Assembly: GCA_013239625.1 (NCBI GenBank)
Contig: MU053652.1
Location: 682,001 to 746,000 of the forward strand
Source: Lama guanicoe
Taxonomy: Eukaryota
Direction: 5' to 3'
Length of the DNA stretch: 64,000 nt
Shown piece after piece: positions 53,156-64,000 of the stretch. Positions within the stretch are counted from its first letter, which is position 1. Every line of letters begins with the position of its first letter. The translations under genes were made by a program, and so were the position numbers. The notes beneath the pieces were generated by a model, which was not told the origin of the DNA, did no database searches, and saw only the letters and a program-made list of their open reading frames with translations.

Positions 53156-56100
53156 AAGGAAATGTGTTCAACTCATATTTTGCAAGGGTGGGTGAGTGTA
53201 AAACCAGGTAAAAGCTGACTTCACTAAATCTGGAAGGATAAAGTGTATGCCACATAATGAAGGTGATAGACGACGGGCAGATTTGGAGTAAAAATAAATA
53301 AATATGGGTAACAGCATGACAGATGTAGGAAAGGAAAGGTCCAGTGAGGCTCTGGAGTATAAAAGGTGACAACAAGAGCCACGTGGATAAGGTCAAAGAA
53401 GGCCTTATACACTATGAAGAGGTATTCTGGCCTCAGTAGCAGACAATGGAAAGCACAAAGAAGAGAAGCAGCCATCATGCAGGCTGAGGTACAGAAGATG
53501 GATTCAAGAAGTTTAGGTTTAGAGTAATAAAAACCAATTAGAAAGCTGAGAGAGTAAAGGAATGGCAACAGGCATGGGAAGGAGAGAATGGATTTGAGAC
53601 ATAATTACAGAGCAGAATTGACAAAAATGAATGACAGTGCATGAGTAGGGTCAGGGGGATGAGAGCTTCCTAGGCAAAAGCCAAGATATTTTTTGGTCTG
53701 GGTGACTGAGGAGCTGAAGGCATCGTTTCTCAGGATAAGGAATAAAGGAAGATTAGAAGCAGAAGTACATTTGGACAAGGATGTAGGTACGTCTAGGGGA
53801 GCAGAGGCTGGGGATGGAAAATGGAGACTGATGATTATTATCAGTCCAGTGTTAGAACTGAACCTGCTTCCTGGACCTTGGGCGAGAGTTCAGTTTGAAG
53901 ATAACACGTTGAAAGTAATAACTCAAACTACTGAATGGGTGATAGAATGGCAGAGTAAGCAAAAAGAGTCAGGGAAGACTGCAGAGAACTTGTGTTGTGA
54001 GTGAGCAGGTCAAGAGAAAGGAACCTTCTTGAGCCCGAGAATGAATGGTCTGAAGAGGAACAAGACAAAGCGGGGACGGAGAAGCAGAGGAGGAAAAGGC
54101 TGAAATGCAAAACCACGATCAGCTGTGTAAAATACTGATGAAATCAGGTAAGATTGGGCTGAAAAATACCCTCGAGATGTGGCAATGAGGTGGTGAACAG
54201 TCAGAGAGTGCAAAGGACCGGGGGAGAGGGGGAGCAAAATGAAGAGCATAGAATAAACTTGAACAGCTTAGTGGGGAGGAAAAGAGAAACTTCACTGATA
54301 GGCTGGGGAGAGGGGTGATGCCAGGATTATGAAAAAAGATTTTATAAGATAGGCAAGGTTGAGCATATCTATAGGTCCCAGGGAAGGAGCCAGTAGAGAG
54401 GGAAAGACTAAAGAGGAAAGACAGGATCCAACAACAACAAAATAAACAACACCCCAGAGGGCAGGGAAGGAAATGGAATTAAGACTAGAAGAGATAATAG
54501 CTCTGAAAAAAGAAAAGGGATCCAATGAGATGTGCCTCTACAATAAATGCCTGAGGTAAAGAAGAAAAATTAAGAAAATGCAGCACTGGCGGAAGAACAG
54601 ACTTCTTTGTCGGGGACCTTTTTATTCTCAAATCACCAGGATACTTTAATAAGGAACAAAAGGTCTCTAAAGGCAAGAGTAATGTCTGGCACACAGTAAA
54701 CTCTCAATAAATACTTAGTGAAAAAAACTCAATCAATGAATAAATAGTAATTAACAGAAAAACATGACTACATTGAAGAATTCACCCCTGAAAATTCAGT
54801 TTAAGTACAGTCAACTTCTATTGAACATCAGAGGTGCATCTTGAAAAATCAACATGTCAGTCAAAAACGTGAAAAAGAAAATGTAATGAATTAAGGCTTA
54901 TAAAGTAGAGGGCTTCCAACTTTCAGAAAAGGATGTTGGGTCCTTTTGATTCTTCAGTGCAATCCTTATTTCAATTATCTTGAAAGCTTCAAAATAAGAA
55001 AGAACTGCAGATTTACTCAGATGCATCTCTGAGCATTGATGCACCTCTATCAAACCCACTCAACATTTCTAAGTTCACTTTACAGAATGGATTTTGTGGC
55101 CTCTTTTCATACAGTTTTCTTTGCTATTCTTATTTCCACTCTTACATTTTAAAAAGTAAATAACATAGGCAAACGAGATATGGCTGGCTTTGCTCATGCA
55201 GCGCCCTGAGCTGGGCCGAGTGGGAGAGCTCCCTGTGGGTGGCAGGAATCGGTGCTGACAGGGAGTTCCAGGGGCCACAGGAGAGGCTGCAGGTGGATTA
55301 AAATACAGAAGACGAAGTGGCTGTGACAAATGTGACTGCATGGACTATATATGCTAATCACCAAGTAGCTAAAATGAAGGCAATGAATAACTATAATTAA
55401 CAATAAACCCAAGGGAGGATAAAGAGGTTAAAAACACCAACCTCTTAACATGCAAGAATTAAAATGCAAGATTCCCAAGACCTCCTAAAAGAATATTTAA
55501 TACCCATCATGCTTATTTTGCACTTTTACAACCCGCCCACCCACTTTCCAATAATTCGTTGCTCATTTCCTCGAAACAGTTTTACTGGCCGTCCATTATG
55601 GACCAGAACCACATGATTTACCTACTCACCACAATCATGGTGAGCCTCTCAGCTAGGCTCAGGCCTGCTCATGGCTTCCTGCGATATTCCTACATCCCGC
55701 TGGCTCTTGGCTACTCCCGCATGTCACACTTCTCCCCTCCCTCTTGCTGTTTCCAAACACTAGCCTACGTATTGATACATGCATAAGAATGTTGACTTAG
55801 TTTCCAACCATCTTTCTTGGAAAAAGGTTAATTCTTAATTCTGAAGTAATAATATTTTTTTTTTTTTTACTTTTCCTAGCATTGAAGTTTTTGTTCTTTA
55901 ATAAAACTGGAAACCTATGTTGGGTCCAATTACTTTTTCATAGATTGATTCATAAATCCCAAAGTCTGGGAAATACAGAGCCAATTAATTTTAACTTCCC
56001 AGGCTTTTAATTCCAAGCTGCAGGACACAGTCTAAATTCATCATCTAGGAAGTCTGGCTTCTGGGCACTGTGGCTCACCACCTAGCTAGACCAGGCCCCA

Positions 56101-56384
56101 GCTCCCCTAGATCTCTCTTCCTTGCTTGAAAGGTTCCTTGTTCACACAAGTTAGGAAATCAAAAGACTTCTGGAAAAGGTGTTTTAAAGAAGTTTAAATT
56201 GTAAGGAGCTCTTAGGACCATAAAATCCTAAGAAGTTCTCATTGATCCCAAAACAATAATTAAATATTGTTTTTGTAACTGAAAATTTCAGTGGCATACT
56301 GATACAATGACTAACATAAAGGAACCAACCACCGCTGCTACTCCCAATAACACAGTAACCGACACAGACACAGACATGCTGCAC

Positions 56385-56695
56385 CAAAGCAGCCTGACAC
56401 TAGAGAGGACTTATTGTAGTATTCCATTTAGATGAAGTTCAAGCATAGGTAAAAATCTATCTATAATGATAGAAATAAGAATAGTGACCACCTCTTAGGG
56501 AAGGATATCAACTGTCAATAGCAGGAAGTCTACTGGGGGATCGAAAATGATCTATATCGATGTTTCATATCTTAACCTGGGTTGTGGTTACATTTGTATA
56601 TATGTACATAAAAATTCATACAAATATATGAATATATGTAACTATATGTAAAAATTTAGACATGTTAATGTATGTCACATCTCCATAAAAATGCA
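56385..56695 (+). mobile_element. old L1M (L1MB/ME-like) 3' end
   Basis: attccatttagatgaagttcaa...aatctatctataatgatagaaataagaatagtg...atatcttaacctgggttgtggttaca...catctccataaaaa. Confidence 0.8.
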
Positions 56696-57820
56696 CAAAA
56701 ACAGATTAGCTTTTAAAATATTTCTAGATTTTGAATTCATCAAGCCCAACTAAGTCAAATATTCAGCATTCTTTCACTAGAGCAATATCCTAGAAACTTT
56801 ATGGCATTACACTTCTTTCTACTTGTTGTGAATCAAATTATTTTCTTACCTATTTACCATGTGAAAGCTTACAGGAATAGGCTTTAAAGAACGCTCAATG
56901 ACTTTGACAATAATAATCACCAAATAATTAACATTCTTCCCCAAGTACTGAAAACTACTTGAGGACATTAAAAACACCAGTATCTATTTCAATTGCAAAA
57001 GAAAGGAAAGGAAAAACCCAGCATTCCCAAGTTCAAAATCACTGCTCTTACCAAAAAACAAAATGAAGGTAATTAAAAATTAAATCTTCTTTTATAATAC
57101 CTCCACCTGGATTCTTTCAACCTGGCTGTTCTTGTTCCTCTCGCTTGAATCAAAGAACTCTCCTTTCTCACTTACTAAACACCAAAGTCTCAAAGAAAAA
57201 ATACTGTGCTGAGTTTGAGGTTTCTTTCTGTTTGTTTGTTTTTAAAATTAAAAGGAAAATTAAATGAAAATGGAAAATATTTCACTTGTGGTATGAATTA
57301 CTTAAAAAAAAGTAGGCAATATTAATGATTAAATAAATGTTCAAATGATAATTACTGAAAGTAAGAAAGTGGAAAATGACCAAGGAAGAGCCCTGTAACA
57401 AAGTAGGTGAAGCAGAAATAAGAGAACAAAATGAATAGGGTGTGTGTGTTTCCTGATAGGCAAGGGGAATGGTAGAATAATCTTCCAAATCATACAGAGA
57501 AACCACGTATAGCTAACCCCTGGAGGAAGGTAAGTTATTAAAGGGAAACACTGTGGGGACTGTATTTTACCACTAGGTATTCCTATGTTATTTCTGATAC
57601 CAAATGACATTATCAATTTAGGATTTAAAATCAGATATGAACGTGCCTCTGGCTGGACATAAACATATTTCACTGAATGCTGAATAAGCATATTTTGGCT
57701 ACTACAGTCCAAGACAAATACATGTTCAGAATACATAAAAAGCAGCACACAAATTATGCAAACATTTTGCACTGAAAAGAATCTCCTCTACAGTCTTTTA
57801 TAAGGAAACTCCCAATAATG

Positions 57821-57860
57821 TTAATTGATAATGATAAAATTTAATTGATAATGATAAAAA
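57821..57860. repeat. 20-bp tandem duplication
   Basis: ttaattgataatgataaaat / ttaattgataatgataaaaa. Confidence 0.9.
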
Positions 57861-58023
57861 ATCACCAACTAAAATATCAGCTTAAACCTAAGTCCAAATC
57901 ACTGCAGCAGTCATGATGATTTTAGGCTTAGCTGAAAATACAGTTTTAGTTCCGTATTAGCTGTACCACAGAAGCAAGCATGCTTTCCTTTTGCCTTAAG
58001 AGTCACTGAGACGGTTAACTTAC

Positions 58024-58041
58024 AATCACATGTACTAGGTA
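58024..58041 (-). CDS. candidate 18-nt microexon (phase 0: YLVHVI; phase 1: xPSTCD)
   Basis: Minus strand reads tctctgtgttttttccttctctgctcctgtttttatattttttcccctgtaccag|TACCTAGTACATGTGATT|gtaagt: a very long pyrimidine tract and a consensus GTAAGT donor. Confidence 0.35.
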
Positions 58042-58439
58042 CTGGTACAGGGGAAAAAATATAAAAACAGGAGCAGAGAAGGAAAAAACACAGAGACTAG
58101 AAGGACTCCATTATAGAGATGGGTGAGTTCTTCTAAAAACTGTTCTATATACAGCCATGACCCAAGTTTCTCTCTTAACCCTGTGTCAGAAAGAAGGAAA
58201 TCAAAGCTGTAATGACACAGATGTCAACTATAACACCTTGACCTGGTCAGTGATCATCGCCAGCATTAAACTCAAGTATAAAAAAGCAACTCAAATGAGC
58301 AAGAATAGAAGAACCGTTTCTATCCAGAGTTCTGAAACTGCAGAGTGTAAATAAAGACTTAATAAAGACTTACAATCATAGATTTAAAAAATGTGTAGAC
58401 CTGACAATTCAGCATCTTGTTAACTGCATCTTGAATTCA

Positions 58440-58720
58440 TCTTCTGATTAAGCTTCTCCAGGAAGGATACTGTCTTTCCAAGGATAACTTTCCTGTTTCT
58501 GGATTGCCTTACTCGTTAGAAAATTCTCATTATGTAGAGTTGAATCTCTTTAACACCACCTAATTACTTCTAATCCAGGCTTATGAAACAACAAAAACCA
58601 GAACTGCTTTATCTCTTTTAAGTGACAGACATTCATATATTTGAAAATAGGTATCAAAACTTCTGTTTTGCATTAGCACTTTCAGTTCTCCCTGCTGTTT
58701 CTTTCCTGTATTTTTCGGCT
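58440..58720 (-). mobile_element. L3/CR1 fragment
   Basis: ctccaggaagga...ttctggattgccttactcgttagaaaattctcattatgtagagttgaatct...aagtgacag.cattcatatatttgaaaatagg. Confidence 0.5.
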
Positions 58721-60964
58721 AACTAGACTGGCTTGTCTTACCTCTCTTGCCACTGTCGCTGAAACGTGCATGGACATGTGGGTTGGAAGCTTGACTGGCT
58801 CTCCGTTTCACTCAGTAATATAAAATTGCCAGTCAGTTGCGATTGGTATTCAGCCATATATCATACAACATATTTTGAAAATACAAAAGTAAAAGAAAAG
58901 CTTTGAAAAGAAAATTTTTATAATCTCCAAAAGTTACTTAGTTTGAAGATTAAAAGCATTTAACACTTATCATATAAATTCAAAAGCAGAGACTGAAATG
59001 TGGGGTTTGCAATCTAAACATACCACCACCCAAGTGTTTCACAGGCCTTCACAGGTCAGACAGTCTGAGAAGATAGCAGTATTTTTCATAATTCTGAGGA
59101 CAGGGGGAAAAAAACCATTGTGTTTCATAAAAATGCAATAGGGCAGCCACACTTCCTCCCATGCATGAATAATGTATGATCTACAGTGTTATTTGCTAGA
59201 CTGTCTAATCACCAGCATCTTTCAAAATGTCTATATAAGCTTTAGCTCATTAAGAACAAACATGTATCCGTACAAAAATATCACATACCTGGGAACACTC
59301 AGAATAATATTCCGCCAAATACCAATGCACCCGTCAAGCTGACAGGGGTGGGCCTACTTTTATGCCCTTCTCAAGGAAAAGAACTACAGAAGGATTATTT
59401 CAGTTTGTGACATTCACGGTTACTGTAAATAATCAAACTTAAATTCCTTTTTCAAATCACCCCCCCAACACACACATACTACCTATTTATTTAATATCAA
59501 GAAATAATCCAGGGGCTATGGTACCCTTTTAAATAAAAGTGAAAAAAAAATCCAACAGAAACAGAACAAGGAGCTACATAAGAAAGCTTTTAAAGCAAGG
59601 TTTCCTTTATTAGAAAAGGTTTTATAATCTTGAAAGGGGCTCCCATAATTCATGAAAGAATAATAAGGTAAAAGTTACTTTATGCAACCATAAGCTTTCA
59701 ATGTAGTAATAAGAGAAAAGGTGAAAGGAAGATGTATCTAAGTTTCTAATAAATAACTATTAAAAACAAAATAGGAGGCTAGTTAAAAGAGTAGTAGTTT
59801 AAGACCAATGCTATTTTGGAAAAAAAGGTAGATTTCTAAATTCACCACCTTGACGTTTCTATAGTTTACCTTTTAACAAACGCTTTATAGTTACAACAGC
59901 TGTAAAATGATGTTAAAAAGAATTGTGTACCATTTTTAGGTACAAAAGAAAGATTGATTCATTTCCATATCATTACTAAACAAAATTTCCTATATATTTT
60001 TATTGATATCTGATGGAAAAACATTCATTTCATATCAACAAATGTTTGCTAAGCACTCCTGTAAGTTACCTCTTAATTCTTTAAACAAATATTTATTGTA
60101 TACCTCATTCATAGAGAAGACACATCTGAACTACCAGTCTCCCTTAACTGTAGAAGTAACATTAGGAAAAGATTTGAGAAAGGAAAGATTCCAAAGGGCA
60201 GAAATCCAGGATGTTACAGGAACGCAGATTTGGAGTTTAAGACCTAAAATAGTCTTACCAAATTAATTCACTTAATAAGCAAGTTAGTACCAGAAAAAGT
60301 TGAAAAGATATTTTCTGCTCAAGCAGGTTTAGACTAACAATATATATAATTCATATGTAGTTAAGTGATTTTCCCAGAATTATTTTCTATAAATAACTGT
60401 TAGATTTGTTGGCAAAGCTTATTACAAAGAAACTAAACAAACCAACCACAGGCTTTCTGCAAAGCAGTTCATCAAAAAAATTTTTAAGAGAAAAATATAT
60501 AGCTCACAACCATTTAAAAACTTTCATTTATCTGGAATGTCACACAGGACTAACTCCTTCATAACATCTTGATAGGCTAATGGCAGAGTAACAATTGTTC
60601 AATATCTTTGGCTAATACTGTCAAAGTGGGCTATAAGATTTATTTTCCATTTCAGGAGACCTAATTGTTAGGGTGGACAGAGAACTTTCACTGTACCAAA
60701 TAGAGGAGCGTTAATGACTTCACCTTAAAAAGAGGGCTTACTGAGCATTCAAACTACAGCAAGATGAAGTCTCAGAAAACAGTTTTTACTGACAGCCATT
60801 CTATCAGGTTCTCTCTAAGCCTTCAGGAGGCTGTGGAAGTTTCAGATCAAATCCCAAAAGTTTCTTATGTATCTAAATACAATGCCTTCCTTGCGGTTGA
60901 AATAAAAAAGGAAAAATTGTTACCTTTTACCCATCCTGTGTACAAATTTCTTACTCCTCTGCCC

Positions 60965-61388
60965 CAACATGTGCACCAGCAATAAACATCCCCCTGTTCA
61001 CCTTAGTCTGTCCACTGCTTCTTGAATATATTCATCTGCTTCCTTTGCACCTACAATGACCCCTGCCCAGGTCCCTCTCCCCCTAAGATACTCACAAGGT
61101 GTCCTCCCACACTTCAAGCCTAATCAAATGTCACATTCTTAGACTAGCCTTTCCAGTTCATTGCATCTAAAATAGAGTTCCTTCACCACCACCAGTCACT
61201 ATCAAATTCCAAAATCTTCGTTGCTCTGCATAAAACGATCACTCCCTAATACTATTTTCCAAGTATACTGGTTTCCATTTTTATTCTCTGATTTTCCCAC
61301 TAGACTAAATTCCATTTACTCATTACTAGATGGAGAAGACTTGGCAGAAAGTAAGTGCTCAATAAATTTTATGAACTGGATGAACAGA
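60965..61388 (+). mobile_element. L2 3' fragment
   Basis: caaatgtcacattct...gcctttcc...cccactagactaaattcc...cttggcagaaagtaagtgctcaataaattttatgaactggatgaa. Confidence 0.7.
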
Positions 61389-62639
61389 TTTTCATTATGC
61401 TTAACTATAACAATTTTTTATATCTTTGATCAACCAGTATTGTCAACACATGATATTACAAGTCTTATAATTAGTAAAACAAAAAATGTTAGTGTTTATC
61501 ACCCGTTGTCATCAACTTAGGAATACTGCTTTTAGGAGCATGTTAATGGCATGATCAATTCTGGAGCCTTTTACTGCTCCAGGTGCGGTTTCAGCTACTT
61601 CCTGACCTCCAAGCACTTCTTAGCCTTCACAGGCATTTCAAGGCTGTTTCATTCACAATCAGGCCATGAATAACTGTGAAACAGTTCCCTATACTGCTGC
61701 TAGCTGGCAGTTTCTACATCTGACAGGATTAACTTTAAGAAGTTATTCTTCTCTATAAGTACAGACAAATATGATTAAACGGTATGATTACAATTACTTG
61801 TTGTTCCCACGGCTGTTTGCCTGAAGAAAGGCACACAGCCACCCAGAGAGATACTGCCTATCACCAAGGCGCAGGCTGTCAAGAAAGTTTCATCTTCCTA
61901 TCCGACCTAAATGCCAGCCCACTCCTTACTGACCAATAAATACTTCATTTTTGGTTTTACCCAGGAAGCCTTTAACTGCTCCCTGATTTAATGAACTGTG
62001 GCTGAAAATAAATAGTGAAAAATGCTCACAGCCCGGATATTCAATATTCTGGCTGGGGTCAACAGAGCAAGCATGAGTGACATTTTTGCAACTTCAAATA
62101 CCATTGTCATCCACTATTTCTCCAGCCTCTTACCTCTGCCAAGTCACCCCAAGACTGCAAACATCTGTTCTTCAATTGTCTCGTAAGAAACGTCCTTCAT
62201 CAATGCAAAGTGTTCATTACCCTAAAGAGCCAAATGCCTTTTGAAAGCTAGTTGAAGCAAGTGAGAAAAATATGAAACAAAACAAAAAATCACTGTCATT
62301 TGGACTTCTAAATTTTAAATGTCAAGCCTTTGGAGTCCCTAAATATTATAAAAGCATTTCCCAGTCACAATATTACAGACTTGAAGACAGAAAGCAAAAT
62401 CCAGACCCACCAACTCTTCTATTTTATAGATACAGAAAACTAAGACACATAGGGATTTGGCCAACATCAAAGACTAAAAAGTGGTCTCCTACACATCCCC
62501 CAGCCCTATTTCAGTGGTCCATCATCTCCATCATGCAATACACAAAACTCCTTTCCACTGAAATAATGGCTCTAGTGCCAAAAGAATGATTAAGTAAGTC
62601 ATTTAATAAATCAATTTCCCAAGTTTGTTCTAATTGCAA

Positions 62640-62775
62640 AATTCAAAGTATATTCCCTGCAGTAGATAATTATGGTTAAATGAGGTCATAAGGGTGGGAC
62701 TCCAATCCAATAAGGCTAGTGTTCTTGTTAGAAGAGAAAGAGGCTATGTGAGAACACAGTGACAAGACTTCTCTA
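62640..62775 (+). mobile_element. MaLR LTR fragment (MLT1A/B-like)
   Basis: gataattatggttaaatgaggtcataagggtggga..ccaatccaataaggctagtgttcttgttagaagag...tatgtgagaacacag. Confidence 0.7.
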
Positions 62776-63490
62776 GACTCCTGTGTCCTCATTTCCGACT
62801 TGTCCTAGCTCTGAACACTTGGAATTTTTGTTTCTCATGCAATGATGGGCTGTATTAAATCCCATCACCTTTCTTTGATGATTTCACCTTTAAAATCAAA
62901 AATCTACACATGTGAGATGATGGATGCAACAGTCAAGTATAGGACTTTGTTTTCAATAGTAACACCTTATAACACTCCTCCCCAGTGTGCCTAAGTGTCC
63001 CAGAATGCATGCAATTAATAAATGTGTAATAAATATGTGTCATGAAAAAGGCATGTGATAAAGGGGGGGGTGGATAAAGCTTTAGATTGTTTTCTAAATG
63101 CTTTACTGAGATGTTGCAATCATTTAGATTTTAAAGGAATAATTTTTGTTGTCACTTATTTTTTGCTATATTAAAGAACTGTATCAACAAATGTAAGGCA
63201 TAATATCAGTCCTGTTCTTAGGCTTTTAAAGAATAAAGAATAATAAACAAAAAAAAAAGGAAAAATAAATTCTCACTCCCCTCCCCTAAAACCGCACAAA
63301 TAGCAGCCACAAAATAATTTCAAATTTCCTGAAATGACTAGATTATATATTAATTGTAACTAAAAATTTACTATATATCAAATTGTGGTTGATATCTCAA
63401 TAAAATGCACACTTTGTTGGTACAGGTGTATTTATATTTAGATCACGGTTAATATTTACCATGATGTAATTATTCAAAAACAGTAATTTT

Positions 63491-63625
63491 GGGTGGGGAG
63501 GAGTATAGCACAAGGGATACAGAGTGCATGTTTAGGATGCAGGAGGTCCTGGGTTCAATCCCCAGTACCTCCATTAAAAAAATAAATAAACCTAATTACC
63601 TCCCTGCCCAAAATTTTGTTTCTTT
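63491..63625 (+). mobile_element. tRNA-derived SINE, camelid vic-1-like (with extended tail)
   Basis: ggggaggagtatagcacaag...agagtgcatgtttaggatgcaggaggtcctgggttcaatccccagtacctccattaaaaaaataaataaacctaattacctccc. TSD-like aaaaacagtaatttt / aaaaagtaattttt. Confidence 0.88.
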
Positions 63626-64000
63626 AAAAAGTAATTTTTGTAAAAGAATCTAAATGCATGTCAGACCTAGACAAAAGAAAGGAAATACGCCATTCAAGCT
63701 TCAACATTAATATATCTTCCTTCTGTTCTCCCAAATCAAGGCCTATAAAATAAAATCCCACAAAATTAGAGTGAATTCATCCATTCCTCTTGAATATTTC
63801 CAGATAAACTACAAAACAGCAAATGTATCAGTGGAGGGGAAAAAGGTATTAGCCCTATCATTTTCAGGGACTGTATTTTGGTGAAAGTATTTCAGAATCT
63901 ACCCAGGCACGGCTAGAAATCTTTCTACATCAGTACGCTGTTGTTCATTTAGACCCACTTGGAGAAAAACTGATTAGATGACCTCTTATCAAAAGCTTAC

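Larger units (their letters stand above)
52690..54560 (-). mobile_element. L2 LINE (diverged), interrupted by two L1 insertions
   Basis: aataagactgtgtcc..., aggccttatacactatgaag..., gagagaatggatttgagacataatt...gaattgacaaaa..., ttttggtctgggtgactgag..., atcaggtaagatt...tgtggcaatgaggtgg. Confidence 0.75.

Noticed and set aside
59024..59093. Minus-strand exon-like unit (ccccctgtcctcag ... GTG|gtatgt)
   Set aside because: 70 nt with stops in all three frames; likely a pseudo-exon.
1..64000. ORF track entries as protein-coding genes
   Set aside because: All are 60-193 aa with no recognisable domain, many overlap repeats, and the composition is typical of random translation of AT-rich mammalian DNA.
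1..64000. CRISPR array, operon or prokaryotic defence system
   Set aside because: No regularly spaced direct repeats and no dense coding; the repeat content is unambiguously mammalian.

Overview
This is AT-rich, CpG-depleted mammalian genomic DNA, not prokaryotic: I see no operon, CRISPR array or RNA gene, and none of the ORF-track entries is a credible protein. Three copies of a tRNA-derived SINE resembling the camelid vic-1 family, plus artiodactyl-type L1 3' ends, point to a camelid (camel, alpaca or llama). The window is a mosaic of old interspersed repeats (L2, MIR, L3/CR1, L1M/HAL1, MLT1 LTRs, MER3/MER33/MER5/MER102, Tigger) and unique sequence. It most likely lies inside large intron(s) of a gene transcribed on the minus strand, which I could not identify. 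The most interesting signals are (i) two frame-preserving minus-strand microexon candidates with neural-microexon-like architecture (24 nt at 35415-35438, 18 nt at 58024-58041), (ii) a TSD-bounded truncated L1 carrying an apparent 3' transduction (52720-52820), and (iii) a ~50-bp L1 insertion with a perfect 15-bp TSD (45157-45207). Repeat family names come from my recall of consensus sequences, not from a database search. Repeat boundaries are approximate unless TSDs or TIRs are quoted.
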